Source: Vitrella brassicaformis CCMP3155 (lineage: Eukaryota; Protista; Chromerida). Taken from it: 64,000 bases of DNA. The DNA lies in NCBI GenBank assembly GCA_001179505.1, contig CDMY01000500.1, positions 1 through 64,000 of the forward strand, in the 5' to 3' direction. Positions 33,147-44,100 of this stretch are shown here, one piece after another. The notes beneath the pieces were generated by a model, which saw only the letters and a program-made list of their open reading frames with translations, was not told the origin of the DNA and did no database searches. Each line of letters opens with the position of its first letter. Position 1 is the stretch's first letter. Position numbers and translations under genes: made by a program.

Positions 33147-35244
33147 ATGCCACGCCCTCCATGCCCTTTTCCCCTTTGCTGTGTGCTCCTCCTTGCCACT
33201 CTCTCGCGATGTCAGCTCACACCAAAAGCGGAGGAACAACTCGAGAAGATAGTCGACCAAGTCGGCACACTCTTGACGGGCCGGCGAGAGAAACCTGGGA
33301 CTGAAGGTTGATGAAGCTCCCCAGTTGCCTGCGTAGGTATGTGCATGACATTGTATGCTTTGTTCCAGATGCCCCGATAGCGCCAGCGAACGGCTCCAGC
33401 CTCGGGTGTCCAGTGTTCAGCATGGTGCCTCCGCAGCCCAAAAGTGACGGTCGAGTCGACTTTTCATCCGCACCCGCAGAGACCCTGCCCGCAGACAGCG
33501 AGCACTACATCGCCCTGCAATTGGTGGGGGGTGCAAAGCGAAGCACCCACACAAGTAAAGCGACCAAAGCTCTTGGGTGCCGTCTGTGCATGGCATGCAG
33601 AGCCGGGCCGAGATGATGGGCTTCACCCACGTCATCCTTGCAGCCAACTCGCGAAGCGGCAACGCCGACATCCTCGTGCAGTCACACAATGGGTGGATCT
33701 GAACGCACAGAAGGCGGGCGGCATAGGTACCCTTTTCTTTGTCTGTGTCATGACAGCACGGTGTACGGGCGATCGAGCGCACCTTCTGATGGTGACAATG
33801 GGCTGTATGAGGATTATGTGGTGCTGCCTGTGGAGAGCGGGGCGACGGCCCATGCATTCGTCGTCCCTGTCGGCAACACACACGCCGATGTGGTCAGTCA
33901 ATTGCAGTCAGCGGACACACACACGGATCCATCTCTGTCGGCCTGTCTGAGTGCCTGTGTGTCCTCTGCCCATGTGTGTGTGCAGACGGTGTTGCTGTCG
34001 TTCCACAAAGACGGCGATTGTGTGGTGCCCTTCAAGATCACCGGCCTCGACAAACCCGTCAGCGACCCCTCAGTCGACCTGAGCGACAACGCAGCGCCGC
34101 AGCTGGCGGACGACGCTCCTCGCCCACTGCCGAACACTTCGATGCCCACATTCGCCACTTACAAGCAGCTGCCTGGGATGCCTGAGGGGCAAGCGGCTGT
34201 GGCCAAGCGATTGATCGACGGCATCAGACAGGGCAACGACACAGCCCAGCTGTTGGAGAATGGCGGGCTGGAGCCGGCGGAGTATCGACTTGCCGAGGGT
34301 GTCCTCCACACACTGTGGAAGGCCAAGGTCAGTGGAGGCGGGTGTCATGGTTGCCGGCCGGCTGTAGTGCGTGGCGTGGAATGGTCTCTGCAGGACGTCC
34401 CGGACCCCGAGCAATATTATTATGACTAGTCCGCGAGAGAGACGGGAGGGTGAGAGAAAGCAGACACGACCGTGCATGTTGCCATGTCGTTCTTGCAGCT
34501 ACTATTATTCTTATTACGGATAGTAAGACAAAATGAAGGCAGGCCGGCCGGCTCCCAGCGTGCAAGTGCCCATTCGTTTGTGTCCCTGTCCGCTCCGCTC
34601 CCTCCAGCTACCCCTACTAGTAAGTGTCGCTCACTATAGCCGCACACACAGCTTTCAGGGCTCACGTGTTGCGTTGATCTGATCCGTCGTATTTTCTGTC
34701 AGCTATTATTACTCCTACCCCTATTATTACATCTAGTCAGCGCAGCGCACAGCACACACTGTCGACACATGGGCCGAACTTATGGGTCGTTGTTGTGTGT
34801 GTTGATGTGCCTGCTGCTGTTGGCTCCCCCATTCTTATGCCGGCAAACGGCAGCTACTAGTGAGTCGCACACACACAGAGACACGACCGCATCTTGATGG
34901 GATGCACACAGAGACTGTGTGTGTCTCTGCCTGCCTGCCTGTCTGTCTGTATGTCTGTCAGTTACTACCCCTACTAGTAAGTGAAGACCTAACAAAGGGC
35001 GGTACAGGTGAGCCTGCAGATGCGATTGTCACTCCTGTCCCTCCTGTCCTGCATCGATATCGGCGCTCGTCTCATCTGAGCAGCTACTACTAGTAAGGAA
35101 CCCTTACTAGTACTACTATTATTAGTGCGTCTGGGCTCTGCGAAAAGATAAACATGGCCCTGATTGATCTCTTTCGTTTGTGTTGTGTGTGCGCGCGTCT
35201 GTGTGTGTGGTTCTGTGTGCAGCTACCGGCTAGGAGCCCAATAG
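33147..35244 (+). CDS. Secreted protein with a PPC-like domain and a poly-tyrosine C-terminal tail encoded by micro-exons
   Basis: Signal-like MPRPPCPFPLCCVLLLATLSRCQ; SGNADILVQSHNGTVYGRSS...NGLYEDYVVLP resembles a pre-peptidase C-terminal module (tentative). Exon 34394-34428, micro-exons 34499-34522, 34608-34619, 34703-34735, 34854-34859, 34962-34976, 35084-35092, terminal exon 35223-35244 (YRLGAQ*). Confidence 0.75.
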
Positions 35245-35938
35245 GATCCGGGAGAGCAGAGAGTGGTGGTCTAAGGCGTCTGTTGTCCTTTTGATTTATG
35301 TACTGTCTGCTTCTGTGTACCAGCACGTTTGTATGTATTTATGTGTGAGTCGAGCCAAGGCCTCAAGTAGATAGAAATCGGCCTTCTTTCCTTCTTTGTA
35401 GGCATGTTGGCGCTATGCTGCATGAGTATATGTATGTCAAGTAGGTCGTCCGCCTTGTGCCGTGACGTGCCTCGATATTCCATGTGTGCTTGTTGGTTGA
35501 GGGAGGGGTTTTCCGAGTCTTTCAGATAGCGACGAGGGACGGGCGATAAAAGACACGCCGTCTCACACTCGCTGACTCGCTCCCCTTCCATGAGTGTGAT
35601 GAGCTGGGTGGGTCGGGTTTGTCGGAGAGGGAGTGCGAGAGACAAGGGTCAGTTCATGGGTCATGCATGTAGTCACATGAACTCACACCCATCCAGCCTC
35701 TCGCCTCTCTCTCCCGTCTGCTGTCTGCAGCAGCCTCCCGCCTGACCCGCTCTATCGGCCTTACGGGCACACATCACACACACACACACCCCACTCATTC
35801 ACCGACCAAAATGCCTCACTCACTCATCAATCAAACACACAAGACAAGACACTGACAAGGCAAGACAAGACCCACGCACAGTGTTGCGATTGATTGAGCT
35901 AGCTAACGTACGTACAGGCCACGCACCGCACTGGTCGG

Positions 35939-37278
35939 TCATGAAGACGGCACGGTCACCTGTCCAGTCCCGTTGACGAGCTGCCCACCTTCCCCGCCCA
36001 GCCCGTAGTTGCGCGTGAGGGAGTCGCGGATGGGCGGCTCCATCCCATTCAGCATGGTCGTCCAGGCGGCCGCATCCACCTGCTGCCGAAGAGCTGCAGT
36101 CAGTGCAGTCAGGTCAGAGCCAAGAGAGAGAGGGATGGGTGAGTGTGATGATCTCCACTCCGTGTGTGTGTGTGTGTGTGTGTTATGGGGGGTTGGTTGC
36201 ACCTGTGATGACTTCGTGGAAGAGTTGCGCGAGGTTCTTTGGAGGGTTTGGGATGGACGCCAGCGAGTGGAGTAGCACAGGAATGTCCTTCATGGCCACG
36301 CTCGGGTTGGCCTTGATCAAGGCGTACAGACCTGCACACACACACACACACAGATACACACACGGGGGGATGGATGGATGGATGGATGTGTGTGTGTGGG
36401 TCCCTCTGCCACCAGGTCCCTACCGTGGAATGCGTTCATCTTTTCGTGGTCGTTCCTGGCGTAGATCATGATGAAGCACCAGCGGCTGTAGAACTGCTCC
36501 AGGTGAACCGCCACCTTAGCAGTGCACACCAACCCCAATCGGCCCTGCACACACACACACACACGTCTCTCTCTGTGCTCTGTGCGGGGCGCCCATCCGT
36601 CCGTCCCGCATCACATACGCTGTCTGTCTGCCTGTCTGTCCGACCAGTGTGATGCATCCGTTCTGGAGCAGCGATCTGTGAAGGTTTTCCCTTCTGACGA
36701 CGGTGATGAGCTGAGCGGTGATCTGGTCGACGTAGGGGCTCATGATGTCGCCCCCGCCGTGGACGGCGATCTCTCCTATCGCCCAGCTGGCGTTGTTGCA
36801 CACAGACACAGCCGAGTGCACCAGGTGCTGCGTCAGCTGACACACACACACACACACCACACCACACACACAGAGGCAATGCGTCCCCCTCTCTCTGTCT
36901 GTGTGGTGCGGGTGTGGGTGTGGCGGGGGGCGCTTGGTGACTGCCTTACCTCTGGCATGATTTGTGGGAGGTATGGTTTGAGCTGCTCCATGGCGCGGCC
37001 GGAGACGTCGCCCACCAGGGCGAATGACGACTGCTTCACCTGCATGTTAGAATCCTGGACAGGGGAGGGACAACACGGCGTCGTGTGGTGTGGTGTGGTG
37101 TGGTGTGTTGCTCGGCTTGATCTGATCTCGGGTCTCCACCCACCTGGCAGCACCGTGCGAGCAGTGGGATGAAGTCGTGTGTCTGCAGCAGCTGCGGGGT
37201 CTTCTTGTCCAGAGCCTCCACCACCGCCCCCAACGCGTCCAACGCCGCGCCCAACATATCTCGACGCGGGCGCTCACT

Positions 37279-37310
<32 letters not shown>

Positions 37311-40248
37311 GGATGCACTCCAGTGCACCGCAACCCTTGTGTGTGTGCGCATGGAAGCTGACCATTGCCTGTGTGGCGGATTTGTCGATTTCGTCAAGTA
37401 CGCAGTTGGTTGTCCGGATGCAGCGGACGATGAAGGGCTCCATGTAGGGGATGAAGTCCTCCCCCAGTGCGTGGCTGACGGCCGTGAGGCACTCGAATAT
37501 CGGGATCAGCTGCACGTCGTGGTCGGTGGCCTGGGACAGCCGGTGAATCAGTGGCGGGATCAGCGCCTACGGCATCCACGCCAGGATGCACACACACACA
37601 CAAGGTACCTTCCTGGCTGTCCAGTCTATGCAGTGTTCCCTCTCTCGCGAGAGATCTCCCTCGGCGGTTGTTTGGACCTCGATCTCACCTCAATGTACTG
37701 TTTTTGCCTGAGGTAGCTGCCCACTGCCTCCGCAAGAGTGCCGATCGCGTCATAAAGAATCAGCACATTCCGGGCCTACCAACCAACCAACCACACACAC
37801 ACACACACGGTCACACAGACGAACACCAGAGGGAGAGGGGAGAGGGCAGAGGACGCGCCCGCCCTTGCTGACCTGGTAGATGTTGAATGCGGCGACAAGG
37901 GTGTTAATGATGTCCTGCAGGTATGGCACGAGGAGGTCGCGCGCCTCCTCCTCCAGCGTGGCGAACGCGCTGCACGCCGCCTCCTGCACACGCTTGTTCC
38001 GGTCACTCATGTGGCTCAAGATCTATGGACACGGCAACACACACAAGGGAGACACACACACACACACACACAGATGGGTGGCGGGGCCGGGCCGGGGCGG
38101 GGCGGGGCCGGGTTGGCCAAATCACCCTCTCTCTCAGTCTGTTGCCTCTCACCTCTGCCAGGACGGTCTTGAAGTATCTGTCTCGGTTGGGCTTGTCGCA
38201 GATCCACACAGAGAACCGGGAAATGCACCAACACGATATCGTCCGAATCAAAGGCTACAACCACACACAGAGAGAACACACACAGACCAAGCACAGCAAT
38301 CCGCACATCGATGTGTGTGTATGGTTTGAGGGCGTGTGTGTGTCCGTGAGGTCTGGGGGCGAGCTTGCCTTCGGTTCTCTCGTGAGAGTGAGGAGGAGCT
38401 CGATGACCTTTGGCAGGAACTGGTTGAGCCCGGCCATGCAGCCCTGGGCTATCGCGCCAAGACACAGCACAGCGCTCTCCCGCACATCCCAACTCTCTGC
38501 CCGCAACCGCTCCTATCACACACACATACACACACACACACACTCATCAACTTTTGCTTTGTCTCCTCTCCCTGTGTGTGTGTGAGATGTGTGTAGGTCC
38601 ACCCACCTACCTCTATCGGCCCGAGTAGCTGGGGCAGAATGCTGACGCCGTAGTGGGTGCTGAGGTGGTCTAGCGCCAGTGCAGCCGACTTGCGCACCGT
38701 CCAGTCGCCGCCCCATGCCCCCCGCTGCGTATCGTCGCCCTCGTCCTCGTCAACACTCTCCTGATGACACACCAACCAGTGTGTGTGTGTGTGTGTGTGT
38801 ATGGGCGTCTTACTTGGCCTGCTCTCGGGTGTGACTGGTGGAATCTGGGTCCGATGTCGTGGGCCTCGTCGGGGACGGCGGTGTTGTCGTCCTCGATCTG
38901 ACTCACATCCATCGCCAGGTAGTCCCATTCGGTGTAGACCGTGTGGCGCAGCAGCACCGGGATCAGCCTGATAAACACGACATCACACAAATCAAATCAG
39001 CGGATGATGCAATCACACGGGCGGGTGTGATTGCCGAACCACCCTACTTACTTTGGGAGGAACCTGGCGAGCTCGTTCCTGCATTGGTCGTGTTGGATGA
39101 CGGGTTGCCAGAACTCCATGGCCTCCATCCTGAGGTTGTACGACTCGCTGTCGCTGCACCCTATCATGAACTCCAGCACCGCATCCACCGCAGTCAGTAT
39201 CAGCTGCACACACACACACACAGACACACACAGACCATCCCTCCCTCCCTCCCTCCCCACTGCAGCCACACCACACTCACGCAGCTCACCTCCATGTTGG
39301 TGTCGGCGAGGGATCCAAACCCCGTGCACACCAGCCGCTTAATGTTGGGGTCAGGGTCTGTCGCCAGCTGCCCCAGCGCCTCCCAGTAGCTCCGCAGCGA
39401 CCCGTGGAACGGCTCCCCCACGTCGAATGCCCGGTGGTTGGCGAAGTAGTTGAGGCACTGGATGGCGTACTTGCGGCACACGGGCCTGGCGCCGGCCTGG
39501 CAGAAGGCGAACAGCTTCGGGAACAGGTGGTGGGCCACGAACGACTGGAAGTCGGTGTCGTGCAGGTAGCGCAGGCCGTCGGTCTCGTCCTCGCAGACCT
39601 TGCATAACGCCGAGAAAGAACTGCACCCACACGCACACGCCCATGCGCCGCAGCCACGTGGTGTGGTGTGGTGTGGTGTGTCTGCCTGCGTGTGTGTGGT
39701 GTGGTGTGGTGTGGTGTGCCCACCCGTCGACGATGTCATCGTTCGCGTCGTCGAGGCTTGCGAGGAGCGCCGTGAGGGCCTCGGGCCACCCACCGGCACC
39801 ACCGGCCATGATGATGGTCGTTATCGCAGAACCTGCACACACACACACACACTCACGGGACAGATATGGCAGACCTCTTCCCCAGTCTGTCTGCCTGTCT
39901 GCCTGTCGGTCTGGCTGACCTACCTGCAGTGGACCGAATAGACCTGTTAGGGTCCCTGATGACGGCAAGCAGCTTGGCCTTGATATCTGCCAGCCTGTTG
40001 GGCGGCAGCGACGCCCAGTCGCTCCTGACTCGGTTCTTGAGCATCAGCCCGACCCGCTGCCGCACATCGGGGCTCTCCTCGGGCATCATGGCGAAGATGT
40101 GACCCAGGTAGTTGAGCGCATCCGGCAGGGCGAAGAACTCATTCAGGTGCGCGTTGATCTGCTGCTGCACCGCGGTGTCCGGGGTGGAGGCCTGGCGCAT
40201 CAGCTGCACCAGGGTGGACAGGTGCTGCGGGTTCGGCTGCCACGCCAT
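35939..40248 (-). CDS. TNPO1: Transportin-1 (importin beta-2 / karyopherin beta-2)
   Basis: MAWQPNP...[15 protein letters not shown]; acidic H8 loop [19 protein letters not shown]...DEDEGDD...[16 protein letters not shown]; [18 protein letters not shown]; [21 protein letters not shown]; [11 protein letters not shown]. Confidence 0.95.
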
Positions 40249-40479
40249 AAGAGATAGGTGTGGGCAGGGAGGGAGGGACGCCTGATTGTCAGTCAACCAA
40301 TGGTAGTGACGCCGACCGGGAGATCTGGCGGCAAAGATGTGCCGTGATCTCAGCTATCGAGGTGACATCTAGCAGCACACTGCACACCCGGGTTCTCTTC
40401 TTCTTCCCTTTTGCGCATGCGAGCTAAGAAGAGGTCTGCGAGCTTAGCGGACAGACGGAAAGCAGCAGACGCCGTGACC
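40249..40479. promoter_or_regulatory. Candidate bidirectional promoter between TNPO1 and eIF4G
   Basis: About 230 bp between divergent start codons, free of microsatellites, with a pyrimidine tract and TGCGCATGCG; function inferred from position only. Confidence 0.4.
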
Positions 40480-41140
40480 ATGTCGACCATGGTCACAGGG
40501 TGCATGTTCTGAGTGGACATGCACCATGCAGTTTCCACAAGTTCCGACGAGCGGTCCGTCGTGATCTGCCCGGACAAGCCAACCAGACAGCGTATCGAGT
40601 TCTCGTCCCCTCCGTCCCCCACCCCGCGCGAGCAACCGTGAGCGAGACAGCTTGTGGCTGACGATGTGTGCGTGTTGACCACCCGAGTGACGCCAGCCGA
40701 CAGGAGCCGCGCCATGCATCATGCCGGTGATCCAACCCTGGTAGGACGTCAGCCGGTCGGGAGCGTCCACAACGGCAGTCACCAGCGCTACGACGCGCCG
40801 CAGCCACAGCAGCATATGCCACCGGTGGGGGGCGTGGCCGTGGGAGCGCCGCCGGCCAGTGCCGCGCTCGGGGGGCATGCCGGACAGCCAAACAGCGTCG
40901 GGGGTGGCGGTGGCGGTGACGGAGGCGGGCCGTATGGCGGACCTCAGCAAGAGTATGTCTACGAGAACCTGCCGCCCTCATGTGAGCAACGGGGTGACGG
41001 GTGGGCGATTGAAGCGAGGCGATGTGTGTCAATCAGTCGGCCAGCCAGCCACCCAGGCAGACAGAAGTGATGTGATCGCTTCCTCCTTATCATCCACTGT
41101 CTGTGTGGCCTGCCTGTGCTCTGTGTTGGTGTGCTTGTGC

Positions 41141-41174
<34 letters not shown>

Positions 41175-44100
41175 ATGCGCCGATGAGCAAAGGGCCGATG
41201 AACAGCCAGGTGAGGTGGTGCTGAGCGCACTCACAGACAGGACGATTGTTGCTCCTCACAGACACTCACGTCCCCCTTTCCCGCCATGTGTGTGTCTCGC
41301 GTCAATGTGTTGTGTTGTGTGCTGGCTGGTCCCAGGGTCCCCCCGCGCAGCCCCCTCCGGTGACCCGGGCCATGTCGAGCCTCCTGGACGACAAACAAGC
41401 CAAAACGTTTCAGCCCTGGCACCTGGGGCCCCGCTCCAGGAAAGCCGTGGACGGCCAGGCCGGCATGGGTGACGGCAGCCAGGAGGGATACGGCCACCAG
41501 GACACAAACCACATGCCATTGGTCAGCAAGTGCACCGATCCCATCCATCGTGCACAGGAGGGAGCATTCTTGTATGTGTGTGTGATTGGGTCGCGTCAGG
41601 GTGGTCGTGAGGAGCAGCCGCCCATGTCTTCCCACGGCGGCCACAGCGGTGGTCTGGGGGCATCTCAGCTGTGGTACCCTGACCAGCAGCACCATCAGCA
41701 CCAGCAGCAGCAGCAGAGTGGGAGCTTCGTCCCCCCACCGCGAGAGAAGAGGATCCTCGAGATAAGGGACCCCAAGAGCGGTCAAACGATCAACCCCACC
41801 GGCAAGAGCGAGCAGCAGAGGGGCGACCGCGATGGCGCATCCAGCGATGCGGGCAGCACCGTCGACGACAAAGGCATGCGACCGTCGGGAATGGGCCCCG
41901 CGCCGATCGACGCCTCATCGATGTTGAGGCCCCCCCAGCATCCGGCAACGGCCGCGCCATCCATTGTGCCCCCCCAGGCCAATGGCGGGCCGGCCAGACC
42001 TCCAGCAAGCGTCCCGCCAGCACCTATGGCGGCTGGTGTTGGTGCAGGGGCAGGGGCGGGCGGTGGCTTGCCGCCCCAGCCGACCTCGTCTCAGCAGCGA
42101 CGGAAGAAGATCACCAACGTGGGATTGGGCAAGGGGGGCGAGAAGCCCTCGCCCAGCCCGCACAAGGAGGCCAGCAGCGACGAGCAGCGCACCATGGCGC
42201 CGCCAGAGAGCGCTCGCAGCAGCCCACAGCCGTCCAACGACGCCACCCAGATGGACGCCGTCGGCCATCCCCCAACCGACGGCCGCCCGTCGGCGTCGGC
42301 AGCGAGTATGGTCAGCAGCCACAGCGGGCCCCCGCCGTTCCCTGGCTACCCTGCTACGACGCCTCCTTACACGCAACAGCAGCAGCAGCAGCAGCAGCCG
42401 ATGCCCCCTCCCCCAACGTATATGGCGTCACACCACCCACCAACTGCCGCAGCTGCTGCTGGTGCCCCGTATGGCCCGCCTCAGGGCGATGGCGGCCCTC
42501 CTGCGTTCCAGACGCCCCCGCCCCCTCACCCCATGCCGCATCAGCAGCAGCAGCAGCAGCAGAAGAGACCTAACGGTGCGCCGGTGCGCCAGCCGCCACC
42601 GCCCGGCGCGCAGGGAATGTTGGCGAGCCCACAGCAGATGGGCCAGGGGGGCGAGTATCGGGGGATGCCGCAGGGGCAGCCGCAGCCCCCGCCCCCTCCA
42701 CCCCCTCCCCCGCCCACAACGGCTCCACAGCCCACAGGGGGCGAGCAGAAGAGGAAGCATCGCATCGAGAACCGCGGTCTGAAGCAGGAAGTGGCGGGGG
42801 GCAAGAAGCCGGCGGGCGCGGCCACTGGCTCCCTCCCGCCGTCGGCCATGCCGACACCGTCACAGCCACAGGTGCCGCCGCACGCGCACTCCCACCCGCC
42901 CACGCCCTCACAGATGCCTGGGGCTGGCATGAGTAGCGGACAGGGGCTGCTGCCACATCCGTCCATCTACCCTCATGGACCGTCGGGGACCGCCCAGCCG
43001 CCGCCGCCGCCCCAGCCGCCGTTCGCGACGAGAGGGCACACGACGGAGAGCTATGCCGAGTATCCCTATCCCGGGCCTCAGGTGGCGAGAGGGGGTGCAG
43101 CGGGGCCGGGCAGTCTGTCGCACCAGCATAGCCTAGCTGGGGGTGGTGCGGCGCAGCCCGAGGTGGGTGGGCCGTCTCGGCCTCCGCCGCCCCCGTTGAT
43201 GAGTCCTGACGTCGTGGTGGGTTCGCAAGGGCGGCCTCCCCCGCCCGCGCCCTCTTACCCGATGCAGCAACAACAGCCGCCACTGATGCAACAGCAGCAG
43301 CCGCCGGTCAGCCCGACGCCCCCAGACGCGGGCATGCAACAGCAGCAGCAGGTGGGCGGGGCCGAGGGTCGGGCCAAGCGCGGCAAGAACAAGATCGGCA
43401 ATGTGGGCATCACAGCCAAGAAACCACCACCCGCAGCCGCACCACCGACAGCGCCACAGCCTGCACCGTCGATGCCTCCCCCCCACCAGCAGCAGCCGCA
43501 GCCACAGCCCCATGAGAAGCCGCCCCCCGCGTCCATCCCCCCAACGCCCACTCAGCCGCCGGCCATGCCACCCCGAGACAGACGGGGGTCGGGGCTGCTC
43601 GAGACGCCCTCTCCCTCAGAGCGAATCGTTCCACCCAAGACGGCGCCCCAGGGCCGCGACCAAGACAGCTGGCGCAGCAGCCACGGCGGCCGGCCCGACA
43701 CTCGTGGTGCGCCGTCAGAGCCGTACAAGACGCCGCCCAAGACGATGCCCCAGAAAGGTGTGGCTGGGCCGTACATCCCGCCGCCACAGCGGAGCCGGCT
43801 GCAGAACTTCCCCATGGAGGGGGGCGTGCAGCGGATCGAAGTTCTCTCCACACCTACCCCGACACCGACGCCCAAGCGCGAGACCAACCTGCAAACCGTG
43901 CCCGAGAAGGGGGAGAGTGAGGCGACTGCTCCGGCGCCCACCGCGGCAGCTGTTGCTGAGCCTGCCCGGGCTGCTGCACCAGTACCAGCACCAGCACCGG
44001 CGCCGGCGCCATCGTCAGCGCCACCCCAGCAGCAGCCGGGGCCTCCTGTGGTGATTCCTTATCAGCCGCAGCCGGTGGTGCCATTCCCCGCCGACAGAAT

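Noticed and set aside
34490-35130. Recurrent palindromic TACTAGTA/CTAG motifs read as a CRISPR-like array, protein-binding sites or Helitron ends
   Set aside because: The units vary in length and are fully explained as Tyr-codon micro-exons followed by GT donors; there is no constant repeat-spacer structure and no cas genes.
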